Shown: positions 29,175 to 39,492 of the stretch, piece by piece
Position numbering within the stretch: the first letter of the stretch is position 1
Layout of the letters: every line of letters starts with the position of its first letter
Source of the DNA: a virus
Lineage: Duplodnaviria > Caudoviricetes
Direction: 5' to 3' (one strand)
IMG/VR virus record: IMGVR_UViG_2816332320_000003
Span: 1 to 64,000 of that record
Length of the DNA stretch: 64,000 nucleotides
Position numbers and translations under genes: made by a program
Notes under the pieces: generated by a model
What the model was told of the DNA's origin: nothing
Databases searched by the model: none
The model's input: the letters and a program-made list of their open reading frames with translations, nothing else

Positions 29175-29348
29175 TCATTCTAATATTGATTTAAATTTTG
29201 CTAACAAAGCCCACTCTCTCTTGCTCAACTCGATTTCATCACTCAAGCCAAAATTGTAACTGCCTAGTAATTTGTCTGTCAGATTTCTAAAAATATCTAA
29301 TTCGTCATTTGAAAACTCAATCCTCACCTTTGCCCTTTCTAAGTTCAA
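29175..29348 (-). CDS. small hypothetical protein (57 aa)
   Basis: GGGGAG and TTG start; between palindromes 29151 and 29367. Confidence 0.55.
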   Translation of the reverse strand: MNLERAKVRIEFSNDELDIFRNLTDKLLGSYNFGLSDEIELSKREWALLAKFKSILE

Positions 29349-29380
29349 ACAAACTCCCCTAATCCAATGAAAATGTTATT

Positions 29381-29683
29381 TTATCGTACAAGTTCAGCTC
29401 TGATGTATTTTGATTTATTAATTACTTCAATTAGCCTTCCTAATGGAATGCGACACATCATTTGAAAAACAATCTTATCGTATTCCTCTACAGTCATGTT
29501 CTCTTCTAAGAACGTTAGATTCCAATTACCTTGAAAGGTTTCTTCGTTGGGATCTTCATTCATACTTAGATACTTAACCAAATCTCTAGCGAGTTTCTGC
29601 ATTTCTGGATGGTATTTTTCATTTTCTCTATTTAAGGTTGTCCTTGGAAGCTTCGGTTTGAAAATCCGCTTAAATAAGTTCAT
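29381..29683 (-). CDS. hypothetical protein
   Basis: GGAGG RBS; stop in palindrome arm. Confidence 0.7.
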   Translation of the reverse strand: MNLFKRIFKPKLPRTTLNRENEKYHPEMQKLARDLVKYLSMNEDPNEETFQGNWNLTFLEENMTVEEYDKIVFQMMCRIPLGRLIEVINKSKYIRAELVR

Positions 29684-29748
29684 AACATCCTCCCATTATT
29701 TTTATAATCAAACTCCTTCTTTTCGATGTTATTCTTAATATTGAAGGA

Positions 29749-30600
29749 GTGTATCTAATGTTAAATACCCCTATCAAACCCATGCTGCTTCATAAATCAG
29801 ACAGTCCACCTTCGGGCAATCTAGTCCATCAGTTGAAATTTGATGGTTTTCGTTGTCTTCTTCATTATGATCAAGGTCAAGTCAGATTGTTTACTCGTCA
29901 CCAGAATGAATGCACAATTCAATTTCCTGAGATACAACCAAATCTAAACTGTTCAAATGCCATTATTGATGGCGAGATGATCGTAATGGATGGGGTCAAA
30001 CCTTGCTGGGAATCTGTCATGAAACGCTTTAATACCACGAAACCTATTTCAATTAAGTATCTTATGTCTGTTTTGCCAGCACATTTCGTTGCGTTTGATA
30101 TCATCTATGTAAACAATCAGAGCGTTGTTTCAATGCCACTGATTGATCGCTTGAATCTGCTCGAAACAATAGTAGAGCCATCGAATTCAATCTCTATCTG
30201 TCCCTCATCTTCAGATGGGCAGCAACTCTTCAATCGAGTTAAAGAATTAGGGCTTGAGGGTGTGTGCTCTAAATCATTAAACAGTCGCTATTTACTTGAT
30301 ACAAGAAGCGATCATTGGTTGAAGACAAAGGCATATATGTATGAAACAGTAACCATTACAGGCATTAAGAAGGATGAATTTGCTTGTTCACTAGTCAAAG
30401 ATGGTAAGTATATCGGAACAATGGAGTTCGCCAGCAAGGAAGCTAGATCAAAACTGTATCAAAGGTCTAAAGGTCTAATCTCAAGTGAAACCAATGATTG
30501 GAGATACTTGCAACCTAAGATTCAGTGTAAAGTGAAGTTCCAGTGCTATACCAAGTCTGGCTTCATGAGGTCTCCAAGTTTTGTTGAGTTTGTAAGTTGA
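29749..30600 (+). CDS. ligB: ATP-dependent DNA ligase (SPbeta LigB-like)
   Basis: KPMLL, KFDGFR, IIDGEM, AFDI, EGVCSK, WLKTK, MRSPSF; start likely ATG 29758. Confidence 0.9.
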   Translation: MYLMLNTPIKPMLLHKSDSPPSGNLVHQLKFDGFRCLLHYDQGQVRLFTRHQNECTIQFPEIQPNLNCSNAIIDGEMIVMDGVKPCWESVMKRFNTTKPISIKYLMSVLPAHFVAFDIIYVNNQSVVSMPLIDRLNLLETIVEPSNSISICPSSSDGQQLFNRVKELGLEGVCSKSLNSRYLLDTRSDHWLKTKAYMYETVTITGIKKDEFACSLVKDGKYIGTMEFASKEARSKLYQRSKGLISSETNDWRYLQPKIQCKVKFQCYTKSGFMRSPSFVEFVS

Positions 30601-30634
30601 CTCCTCTTTCGTGGGGGAGTCCGTTTTTGTTTTA
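30599..30634 (+). terminator. intrinsic (probably bidirectional) terminator
   Basis: GACTCCTC-loop-GGGGAGTC then T-rich tail between convergent genes. Confidence 0.7.
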
Positions 30635-30644
30635 TTATGAGTTA

Positions 30645-30842
30645 TCATCGCGACTCAAACACACACTCACAATTATGACATGTATTTTTAGTTACTTTCA
30701 CTTCCTTCAGTCCTAAAAATCCTGTACTTTCATAATGATACGTTCCAAAAGTTAGAGTTGATTCACACTCTGGGCATCTATGTTTATTCATTGCTTTTTC
30801 TGCTTTTGCTTGGAGACTTGTCTTAAGGATTCTAACTGACAT
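30645..30842 (-). CDS. small Zn-ribbon protein
   Basis: CPEC..CHNC. Confidence 0.65.
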   Translation of the reverse strand: MSVRILKTSLQAKAEKAMNKHRCPECESTLTFGTYHYESTGFLGLKEVKVTKNTCHNCECVFESR

Positions 30843-30904
30843 TCTTCCACCTTCGATTCAAATAAATGTCTTGATTTATTGGATTTTACTTATGTAATGA
30901 TTTG

Positions 30905-31102
30905 TTAAATTACAAACTTACTGACTATGACGTACAAAACTGCCAATTGGAATCCTACTAAAATAAAGGAGGCTACAACACCCCATCCTGCCACCCATTT
31001 CAACTCATACCATCGAAATGTAAACAGGCTCCAGATGACATGTAAGACAACCGCCCATGGCGCTACTAAAAGCTCGAACCATAACGGGAAGTTCCATCCC
31101 AT
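30905..31102 (-). CDS. small membrane protein
   Basis: GGAGG RBS before MGWNFPLW; two TM segments. Confidence 0.6.
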   Translation of the reverse strand: MGWNFPLWFELLVAPWAVVLHVIWSLFTFRWYELKWVAGWGVVASFILVGFQLAVLYVIVSKFVI

Positions 31103-31140
31103 ACAATTACCTCCATTTATCAAATCGATTGTTGTGTATC

Positions 31141-31452
31141 CTAGGAATCTATTGCGAGTGTACATGGAAACTCTGAGCTTCTATCGATAATGTCTTGCAT
31201 CGAGTCATACTCATGGTCGTTCTTCTCGGTGCATCGCTCGCATCCATCTTCGCAGCAAGGAATGTCCTTTTTTGTCATTTCCTTTGCCTTCAACCGTCTG
31301 ACGGTAATAGTCACTTGCTCTTCTTCGTCTTCGTCCATTTCGTCAAAATAAACACCAGCAATAAAGCACGAGTCGTCTAAATAGTGATCGAATGCCTCAT
31401 TTGCGCTATTTGCAGCTATCCAGTAACCGTTGATCTCGTACACATTAAGCAA
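31141..31452 (-). CDS. hypothetical protein
   Basis: ORF with RBS. Confidence 0.65.
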   Translation of the reverse strand: MLNVYEINGYWIAANSANEAFDHYLDDSCFIAGVYFDEMDEDEEEQVTITVRRLKAKEMTKKDIPCCEDGCERCTEKNDHEYDSMQDIIDRSSEFPCTLAIDS

Positions 31453-31479
31453 TGCTTACCCTCCCCTGTTTAGTGAACA

Positions 31480-31848
31480 TCATTTGCTATTCAATAAAGA
31501 CAAATCATAGTTCGATTCAATGAAATTGATGCTTAGTTTTCTGTTACAATCATTTCCTAATCGAGTGTAAACTTCGTGCATATCATCTAATGTGAAGTCA
31601 GTTCCTAGAAACTCATTTATAATCGCTCTAATCCTTTTTTGCCAATGATCACTAATGCCTTTGCAGCTAGGGCGAGATAACCATGCAAGCACTTTGCATT
31701 TAAGCTCTAATTCGGTTTCTACATCCTCTAGTCTGAAATAAATGTTGTTCTTCGGCTCAACGATCAGCTCGAAATTATGGTTGATAAAGCAGTTTGGCGA
31801 ATGCTTTTGAACAATTTTCATGAATTTCTTTGCCAATTCAATATTCAT
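31480..31848 (-). CDS. hypothetical phage protein
   Basis: ORF with RBS. Confidence 0.7.
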   Translation of the reverse strand: MNIELAKKFMKIVQKHSPNCFINHNFELIVEPKNNIYFRLEDVETELELKCKVLAWLSRPSCKGISDHWQKRIRAIINEFLGTDFTLDDMHEVYTRLGNDCNRKLSINFIESNYDLSLLNSK

Positions 31849-31888
31849 GAGAAGCCCCTTTCCTTGTTATATTATTGGTTGTACCAAC

Positions 31889-32101
31889 TCATTGACCTTC
31901 CAACGCATCCATAATTTCATTTTCATCCCCGTAATTCAGTGCCTCGATTAGTTCATCTGGTAAGTCTTCAAACTCCCAAGCTTGATCAATGCCAGTCCAT
32001 CCAAATTCATCTTTTTCGTACCTTTTTGCGTAGACACTACCTTTATAGACTAATGATTCAGTAAACCCTTTCGGTGTTATGGTCTTTGTGAAAGAATTCA
32101 T
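31889..32101 (-). CDS. hypothetical protein
   Basis: GGAGG RBS before MNSFTK. Confidence 0.6.
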   Translation of the reverse strand: MNSFTKTITPKGFTESLVYKGSVYAKRYEKDEFGWTGIDQAWEFEDLPDELIEALNYGDENEIMDALEGQ

Positions 32102-32287
32102 ATCTCTATCCTCCATTTTTCAAAATGTGCGTTATCGATTTACGTTAAACTTTTTTATAATTTTATTTTTAATCACTTCAAGTAAACCTTTGTTCGATAC
32201 ATTCTTCAAGGTAGCAGCCTGTTTTCGTCTTCTTGCCTCTCCCATTAGATAACCTCCCTCAATTTATAACCCTATGAAATTTGAGTT

Positions 32288-32512
32288 TTATTTAGTCTTA
32301 TATTCAGGAAGTACAGTTTTCAAAGTCTCAATTATGTATCTCACTGGATCATTTGTACTTCGGATATGTGTGTCGATTTCTCTCAATGCTTCAAGATATC
32401 TATTCTTATCATTGTGTAATTCATCTAAATAATCATCACCTTTAAGCTTTGAAGGTAAAGTAAATGACCAGCATTCACCACTGAAGATTTGACCACCCGC
32501 CCTCCATCCAAT
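32288..32512 (-). CDS. hypothetical protein (74 aa, ATT start)
   Basis: AAGGGAG RBS 8 nt before ATT; fills space between palindromes 32274 and 32532; absent from ORF track. Confidence 0.55.
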   Translation of the reverse strand: MGWRAGGQIFSGECWSFTLPSKLKGDDYLDELHNDKNRYLEALREIDTHIRSTNDPVRYIIETLKTVLPEYKTK

Positions 32513-32580
32513 AAAATCAACTCCCTTCCTTAAAAAATTTGGGTTTGATCGAGAAAGCCTTGAATAGTAAGTTTAAGTTA

Positions 32581-32817
32581 TTAACCTTCTATTTCGGTAA
32601 ATGGATTTACTTGGTCAATACAATCTTGAATATTCTCATACCATTTACCATCATTCAAACCCTTACTGTATTCAAAATAATCCCTGATCGATTCATAGCC
32701 ATCATTCAAATCTCCATTTTCCCACGTAACATCTTGCAGCCAGTCCAGTTCTATCATTACGACTTCATCATAGTCATCTCTTTTAAAAACTACTGTATTT
32801 TGTTTTGTGAGTTTCAT
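32581..32817 (-). CDS. hypothetical protein
   Basis: GAGGTG RBS. Confidence 0.65.
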   Translation of the reverse strand: MKLTKQNTVVFKRDDYDEVVMIELDWLQDVTWENGDLNDGYESIRDYFEYSKGLNDGKWYENIQDCIDQVNPFTEIEG

Positions 32818-32854
32818 TCAATTCACCTCAATTATTTTGTTTAAAACATCTCTT

Positions 32855-33436
32855 TTATTCGATTTGCTCCCAATGCATGATATTGGACAATCTATTCCAT
32901 TTTTTATTGTGTTTTTCTTTCATATAGAAGCACAGCCAGACCATTTCAAGTGAATCTGTAAATAAGTTATACTCAGCCACAGTTTCAATGTAATCTATAA
33001 ATGCTTTAATTTTACTTTTGTATGTTAAACCAATTAAGAACATATCTAGATACTGATCCTGTCGGGGCAACCACACTTTCTCTGCTGTAGAACCACATTC
33101 ATGTTTGTGTTTATAGATACCTGAGAAACCATCCTTCGTCATGACATGGCAGGACGTACTATTTATCACATTCCCTAACCCTAGAACACTACTATGTCCT
33201 CCATAGAACCAATGGGTACCACCGATTGATTCACTGTAATCATATTTACCTGAAATCACAAATGTGTTTGCCATCTTAGCACAATCTAAACACATTTGTG
33301 ATTCGCTACAACTACCTTCTTCACAGTAACTCGATCTAGTTGAGATGTAATCGCCAACCTGCACTCTCCATATATTTTGTAATTCTACTGCCTTTTGACA
33401 CATCACTCTGTAGTATGGTGAAACATCCATTTGCAC
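32855..33436 (-). CDS. hypothetical protein
   Basis: 193 aa ORF; stop in palindrome arm. Confidence 0.7.
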   Translation of the reverse strand: MQMDVSPYYRVMCQKAVELQNIWRVQVGDYISTRSSYCEEGSCSESQMCLDCAKMANTFVISGKYDYSESIGGTHWFYGGHSSVLGLGNVINSTSCHVMTKDGFSGIYKHKHECGSTAEKVWLPRQDQYLDMFLIGLTYKSKIKAFIDYIETVAEYNLFTDSLEMVWLCFYMKEKHNKKWNRLSNIMHWEQIE

Positions 33437-33444
33437 ACCTCCTT

Positions 33445-33684
33445 TTAGTCAAGTTTTCTTTTATTAAGTTTATCTTTTAACCATAGAACACCTATAGACC
33501 CAATCGCCAACGATATAATCAAAATCATCAGAAACGCAACTACGTTTATGTGACCATATCCAGTAAAGTAAGATATTACTCCACTGACTGTCATAATGAC
33601 CAAGGAAAAGATAACACTGTCTAGCTTAAACAGTTCCTTTAGATCTTTTCTGGAAAGTTTCCAGCTTGATTTCCGAACTGACAA
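33445..33684 (-). CDS. small membrane protein
   Basis: Two TM segments. Confidence 0.6.
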   Translation of the reverse strand: MSVRKSSWKLSRKDLKELFKLDSVIFSLVIMTVSGVISYFTGYGHINVVAFLMILIISLAIGSIGVLWLKDKLNKRKLD

Positions 33685-33936
33685 GTTATCACCTTCTTAT
33701 GTAATCTCACTCAAGTGAGTAAGCTTAGCTCACTTTCTCCAATTCAAACCAGACACCGATGCCTGATTCTTGATTTACTTTTTCAGCAACCATATAAGCC
33801 TCTGCATGGTCTTTGAATAGTGCTGGTTCATTTGACCTTGGCTGTGTTAAATACCCCACAAAGTTTTGTCCTGCATATGCTTTAATTTTATACAACGAAC
33901 TCATCTCCTTTAATATTTTTATTTTAAAGATTCAAT

Positions 33937-34536
33937 TTATCCTAATTTCTCAAGACTCTCTTTCAGTTGCTTGATCCATTTGTTGCGTTCAGTAGTTCGT
34001 TTGACTTCCTCATTCCATGCATTTGTATGATAATCAATATCTTTCTTGGTGTTTTCAATTTTACTGTTTAACCACTCTTCAGGACTTTGCTTAATAGGAT
34101 CAGGTAATATATAACCACAATCCCATTTAATGCTATCCTTTAATTGTGTTATACAAAATTCTTTTAGACCATCATGTTTGGTTGAAGGAGGTTGCCATGC
34201 TTTCACTTTTGTAAGCATATCTGTGTATTTCTTATTTAAAATATCTTTTTCATGTCTCTGCTTTCTTTTTTGTTCTAGAGTCATTTGGTGCTCTTCTTCA
34301 GCTTTCAGTTTCGCTTCATCTAGTGACATGCTCAGTAATTCATTTAGTCTTTCTCTGGCTTCTTCAAGTCTTTCTTTGTTGTATGTACTAGGTTGAAATT
34401 CATCAGGAACTTTTTTGTCGAGTGGTTCGTCTCTAACCATAATGTATGCACCAAAAGCTCTGGCGCATGTTGAAATAAATTCTTCTACTGAAACGTTTTC
34501 GCCTTCATAAAGTCTACTTGTATATCCTGTTGGCAT
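33937..34536 (-). CDS. hypothetical phage protein
   Basis: 199 aa, GGAGG RBS. Confidence 0.75.
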   Translation of the reverse strand: MPTGYTSRLYEGENVSVEEFISTCARAFGAYIMVRDEPLDKKVPDEFQPSTYNKERLEEARERLNELLSMSLDEAKLKAEEEHQMTLEQKRKQRHEKDILNKKYTDMLTKVKAWQPPSTKHDGLKEFCITQLKDSIKWDCGYILPDPIKQSPEEWLNSKIENTKKDIDYHTNAWNEEVKRTTERNKWIKQLKESLEKLG

Positions 34537-34586
34537 TCAATTTCCTCCTTATATTTTTTATATGAAATATCCATTTGATTGAAATA

Positions 34587-34724
34587 CTATAGCTTCTTAA
34601 TTCGATGATACAGATCTTCAAATATTTCTTTCTCTATGTTATTGAAACTTGTAGAATTAACAATCAGATCCATCAAACCTGTACCAAGTAACTCTTTCTC
34701 TAAATCAGAAAGCACCATTTCCAC
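34587..34724 (-). CDS. small hypothetical protein (45 aa)
   Basis: GGGAG and GTG start; between palindromes 34562 and 34749. Confidence 0.5.
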   Translation of the reverse strand: MEMVLSDLEKELLGTGLMDLIVNSTSFNNIEKEIFEDLYHRIKKL

Positions 34725-34950
34725 TTGATCGACTCCCTTCAAAACTTAATGAAATACCTTTTTTATCGAGTCATCATTCGATGATTTCTTGAGATGTTCT
34801 GCATTGCTGCTAGTAGTGTATCTTTAAAATCTGGCTGCTGATCACGCTTCTTTGTGTTTGTGTAATATGTATTGGCTTTCCGTTCATGTGAATATTCTGA
34901 GGCTACCACTCTCATCTTTGTTACTCCTTTCAGTTATTTTTGTTAGTCTT

Positions 34951-34979
34951 AATTTATCATATATTTTTAGTTATTACAA
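34951..34979 (-). promoter_or_regulatory. promoter overlapped by 22-bp motif (34955-34976)
   Basis: TTGTAA-N17-TAAATT; TAATAACTAAAAATATATGATA. Confidence 0.55.
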
Positions 34980-34985
34980 CCGTTT

Positions 34986-36716
34986 TTACTCTTTATTTTC
35001 CGATTTTTTCTTTGATTTTCTATTTGATATCCCCAAGAAATCATTCAAACGCTTCCTAGCTACATCAATATAGTATTGTCTGTCAAGATAATCAGGTACA
35101 CTTTCACCAAGTATGACCTCATTATTAATAAAGCACTTCTCTGGAGTGTTAGCAATCTTCTCGATCCGTTCTTCTGTCTTAACCTTGAAAACACCATTTG
35201 CGTCTTCTTGATTAGAAGCAAAGACGCGCAATACCTTTTCAGGTAATTTTTCTTCACCATGTAGTGCATGTTTATACTTACTTGATACCTTTACTACCTT
35301 TTGGAACTCTCTCAATTCATTACATGAATTGATTGTATCTTCAATTTCAATACCCTTGGTAAAGTAATCAATCAGGGCTTTGTTTACAATGGGCAGATCA
35401 TAATCAAGGTTATTTAACTTTTTAACATATGCGCCTTTTGATTTGAACTTCCCATTTTTATCAATGATAATGTAGTTGTTTACATCTTTCTGATAAATTT
35501 TGTCAAACACTTCCCATTCTAACTCTAAACGAGTACGCTGCTCCCATTCTTTTGCTACTTCTTTAATGACTTCAATATCTTCTTCTTTATTTACTTTCAT
35601 AAAGATACCATCAGTATTCGATTGAATTAATTTTCCGTATGGTTCAATTTTCTCGATTAAGTCAAGCAACAACAATTGACCAGCTACACAAACATTATTA
35701 GCCATTAATGGGTCATATAATGCATTGAATTGATCCTTCATCGCTCCATATGTAGAGTTCAAAACGATTTTATAAGGTGCTTGTTTGGGATCTTTCTTAC
35801 GTTTAAGATCCAATCGAGTGTCCCTAATTTCGGTGTACTTGAGTGGTTCTTTTACGTTTCTACTAATGAAACCATATTCTATCATAATGGAAGGATATAG
35901 ACTGGCTACATCGCAACACAGAATAATACCTTCATCCTTGTATTTTGGAATAGCCCCGTGAATTCCTCCCCAAGCGAAAATATGTGGAACTTCAGCCACT
36001 TCAATCTTTAGACTCTTCTTATAATCCATATTTTCTTCATTTTTATACCAATCAACAATGTGCTTGTACTTATCTATTTTCAACGTATCTGGTAATATCA
36101 ATTTAAATTCATCTTCTCGATCAGGTTGTTTTTCCGCATCAAGAATGTGAGCTGATAATTGTGCTTTTGTTTTGTTAAATAGTGACATGTTCAAATTAAA
36201 CGCATCAATCAATGCCAGTTGACTATCGAATTCCTCTTGTCTGTTATCAAAAACCTCAATTGTCTGAAGAACATCATACTTACAATATTTCACAACCTCT
36301 TCAATTTCTTCCTTTGTCAAGGGGCGATCTAAATCGAAACTCACAGATGATTCTTTAATTTTACTCCCCATAAACCCCTCAAGCTGCTTCAAACTATGGA
36401 AACCAGTTGTAATGTCAAAATTGTTAAAGGGAATCGTGTACGCTTTTTTTACTATGTTATGACCTTTAATTCCTTCTTGAATGAGTTTATTACTGACAAA
36501 GTAAGGATCATATCCAAGCAACAATCCCTTAAATATGTATTGGTCATACTGTCTACTGTTGTATCCAATGAAAACATCATACTTAAAATACTCATAGAAT
36601 CTTCTTAACATATCAACATCATTGATAATTAGCTTTCCCTTTTTACTTTCATAATCAACTAATACCACTAACCATAGATGCTTATAGACCTCGAAATCAT
36701 AGAATATTTTTCTCAT
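34986..36716 (-). CDS. family B DNA polymerase with 3'-5' exonuclease
   Basis: Exo YDFE, GYN..YD, YC.YD; Pol DVASLYPS, KIVLNSTYG, NTDG. Confidence 0.9.
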   Translation of the reverse strand: MRKIFYDFEVYKHLWLVVLVDYESKKGKLIINDVDMLRRFYEYFKYDVFIGYNSRQYDQYIFKGLLLGYDPYFVSNKLIQEGIKGHNIVKKAYTIPFNNFDITTGFHSLKQLEGFMGSKIKESSVSFDLDRPLTKEEIEEVVKYCKYDVLQTIEVFDNRQEEFDSQLALIDAFNLNMSLFNKTKAQLSAHILDAEKQPDREDEFKLILPDTLKIDKYKHIVDWYKNEENMDYKKSLKIEVAEVPHIFAWGGIHGAIPKYKDEGIILCCDVASLYPSIMIEYGFISRNVKEPLKYTEIRDTRLDLKRKKDPKQAPYKIVLNSTYGAMKDQFNALYDPLMANNVCVAGQLLLLDLIEKIEPYGKLIQSNTDGIFMKVNKEEDIEVIKEVAKEWEQRTRLELEWEVFDKIYQKDVNNYIIIDKNGKFKSKGAYVKKLNNLDYDLPIVNKALIDYFTKGIEIEDTINSCNELREFQKVVKVSSKYKHALHGEEKLPEKVLRVFASNQEDANGVFKVKTEERIEKIANTPEKCFINNEVILGESVPDYLDRQYYIDVARKRLNDFLGISNRKSKKKSENKE

Positions 36717-37371
36717 CTTCGATATACCTCTTATTGATAAATTTTTTATTCAAAGGCTCAGTTAGAGCAGCTTGTTCACTCCATCCTCTTTGTAATCTAC
36801 TTTGAACTGTTTGATAATTTACTTTGAATACTTCGCACCATTCGACTAATGTTTTTGTAATACCATCAATCTCAACAGTACGATTACTTCTTCTATTGAT
36901 ACTTTGTTCTTTAATTGTACTCCATTTGCAATTTAACGGTTCATAATTACCATTTACATTTAACCTGTCGATTGTCAGTCCATCAGAATAACCATTTTCA
37001 ATCGCCTAATTATAAAATATGAGAAAGCCATCTTCCTGTAACCACACTTTGCAAATTTTTATTCCCCTACCACCGTAAGAATGATAATGCGTTGCGTTTG
37101 GGTTGTAACATCTTGTAATCATATTATGATAAATACTGTATAACCTGCTACTTTTCATACCATGTGTTGTGTTTTCTTTAATCCTCAATTCACTCTTATA
37201 ACATCCACATGAATTTACTTTACCACTTCTCAAATCTCCACCTGTTATTTCTTTTAAGTTACCGCATTCACACTGACAAAGGAACAAAACCGCTCCTCTT
37301 TTTCTTCCAACTTCTTTTGTTACGGTTAACCGTCCGTAGACATTTCCAACTTCATTTTTAGGTCTTACCAA
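36697..37371 (-). pseudogene. HNH-type homing-endonuclease-like gene interrupted by in-frame TAG
   Basis: GRLTV, CQCECG, YGGRGI, then FYN*AIENGYSDGLTIDRLNVNGNYEPLNCKW in the same frame; TAG at 37006-37008 where Trp is expected. Confidence 0.8.
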
Positions 37372-37382
37372 GTAAACACATC

Positions 37383-38474
37383 CTAGCTAAATAAGTCGAA
37401 ACCATCTTTCTTCGTTTTCTTATCGAATTTATTAGCATTCTCATCCAAATATTGTTTGTAATACTTACACGTTTTCCTATGTCCACAAAGAACACTACAG
37501 TAAAAAGAGTTTTTACTATCTATCTCAACAGCAATCCATTCACTTTCTTCCTCAATATTTTTACTTTCAATTTCTTTTATCGTATCAATTATGTATTCTT
37601 TGAATTCGTTGATCCTTTCTTCAGTAATTTCATACTCAACAATACAATCTTCCAACCAATACTTACCACGAACCTCATTTGGTAAACAATTTATATTGTT
37701 ATCCTGCACTGCCTTATCGAGTAAAAGTTCAATCTCAAACGTTTCCATTTGTAACTTCAACAAGTCTTTTTCTAACGAATCTCTCATTTCTTTCACCCAC
37801 TTACCTCTGTTGCACATCTTTTTCTTAACCTTGCTTTTGCCATTTGAGCATACATATATGTATTTGATCATAAACCATGCTACTTTATTTACTTTAAAGT
37901 TTGACGTACTTTCCAATCCAACCTTATACATCAGTAATTGTCTACCAGCCTCAGTTAATTTTTTTCCTGTAAATTTGCTCGATGTCTTCCAGTCAAGAAT
38001 ATCAATGTACGGTTTACCTAGTTCACTTGGAGAAATTGAATCAATATATCCCTGCATCCAAATCCCATCAGATATTTCAAATATAATATGTTTCTCAAGC
38101 AGCATCTTTTTATCCATCTTTTTAAAATTCTCATAGAAATGATTCACATCAGCAACCCAACTAGCCTTAATCTTATCATTTGGGAAGTTGATTCCAAGAA
38201 GTTCAAGTTCAGTGAGTTTGTTATAGTATTTATTTTTAAATGTATCTTCATTTTGTTCTCCAGAATATATTAATTCAATTCCATTGTGAATAGTCGAACC
38301 TAATAATGTATAGCAATTCTCTATCCCTTTATTTTTTAATATATATGTATTGTAATACTCATACTGGCAATTATTGAATGTACCTAGTTTAGAGAATGAG
38401 TAAACTTTAAAACCTTTAGCAATTAGATCTTCTACTGTAACAACTGTCAACATATCCTCTCCCTTTAAATCCAT
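37383..38474 (-). CDS. PD-(D/E)XK exonuclease (RecB/AddB/Cas4-like, probable Fe-S cluster)
   Basis: SFSKL..F..C, GS.IH, GYID, DWKTS, QL..Y, C...C.....C. Confidence 0.85.
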   Translation of the reverse strand: MDLKGEDMLTVVTVEDLIAKGFKVYSFSKLGTFNNCQYEYYNTYILKNKGIENCYTLLGSTIHNGIELIYSGEQNEDTFKNKYYNKLTELELLGINFPNDKIKASWVADVNHFYENFKKMDKKMLLEKHIIFEISDGIWMQGYIDSISPSELGKPYIDILDWKTSSKFTGKKLTEAGRQLLMYKVGLESTSNFKVNKVAWFMIKYIYVCSNGKSKVKKKMCNRGKWVKEMRDSLEKDLLKLQMETFEIELLLDKAVQDNNINCLPNEVRGKYWLEDCIVEYEITEERINEFKEYIIDTIKEIESKNIEEESEWIAVEIDSKNSFYCSVLCGHRKTCKYYKQYLDENANKFDKKTKKDGFDLFS

Positions 38475-39484
38475 CTTGTACAGTTCTTGATTAATAACTT
38501 TAATGTATTAACATCTACATCAGCAGGAGCTAGTTTGCTTTCCTTTGGTAAATACATGTTGTTTGAGTCGTAAATATAACCAACTTGATTTCTGTAGAAC
38601 CTATCTGATTTCAGTTTTACGGCTAATTCATAGCTCTGCTCTTCGTCTAATCCTTCATCTAACATGATTATTGCCTTTTGTGGAAACATTGCTTTTATGT
38701 GATTGGATTGTAATTCACTCAAGTTGCACCCACCTAATCCAATACCAACATTCAACCCTTTACTAGCAAGTAATAGAGTATGTTTTTCAGATTCACCAAT
38801 CAAGACAATTCCTTTTTCTTGTATTGATTGGTAATTAGCAGCATATCCATATAACGTTTTTGACTTTGGAAATGGGATAACTGGATACCATTTCGATTCA
38901 TCTGGATGTGTATTTCTCCTATTTAACCTTCCCATGACCCCACATAATCTTCCATCAAAACTATACCATGGAACTGTTATTCTGCATGATAGACTATCAT
39001 AACCAATCTTAAATTTCTCTTGTATTTGCGGTAAAATACCATCCTCATAAAATAACATGTTTGGTAGTATCTCAAACTGATCAAGTATTTCGTCAGTGTA
39101 TGTTTCAATATCTAAAGCATTGTCATTTTTCATTCTAGATATTTTTTTATAATATCCACCAAACGGCAATGTAATTTTACTTTCTGGTATATCAGTATTC
39201 TTGTATTGAACAATATCGGCAATATAATTTAAGGTTTTAGTAAAAGATAAACCTGATTTTCCCTGAATAAGTGTAATTAGATCGCCCTTCAGATTGGATG
39301 AAAATATACTGGAGGACAAATTCTTTATGTTCACCTTAACTGCTGTTGGATTACTGTCTGTATCTTTCGCACATCTGTATTCATCGTTATGACGTTTTAT
39401 CTTATGAAATCCTGATTTTTCAAGAATCAACTCAATTAGTTCTGGATTACCAATGATGTAATTTTTAAGTCCAAACACATCCAT
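38465..39484 (-). CDS. phage DNA primase (YorJ-like)
   Basis: RITVP, G.MGR, LYG, TOPRIM GESEK and LDEG; follows helicase. Confidence 0.8.
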   Translation of the reverse strand: MDVFGLKNYIIGNPELIELILEKSGFHKIKRHNDEYRCAKDTDSNPTAVKVNIKNLSSSIFSSNLKGDLITLIQGKSGLSFTKTLNYIADIVQYKNTDIPESKITLPFGGYYKKISRMKNDNALDIETYTDEILDQFEILPNMLFYEDGILPQIQEKFKIGYDSLSCRITVPWYSFDGRLCGVMGRLNRRNTHPDESKWYPVIPFPKSKTLYGYAANYQSIQEKGIVLIGESEKHTLLLASKGLNVGIGLGGCNLSELQSNHIKAMFPQKAIIMLDEGLDEEQSYELAVKLKSDRFYRNQVGYIYDSNNMYLPKESKLAPADVDVNTLKLLIKNCTRWI

Positions 39485-39492
39485 ACAATCGC

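Noticed and set aside
37006-37008. Amber recoding (alternative genetic code)
   Set aside because: Many genes end normally in TAG (e.g. recU, thyA, nrdE, tnpB); only one internal TAG seen
37383-38474. Cas4 / CRISPR system
   Set aside because: No repeat-spacer array or other cas genes; sits in the replication operon
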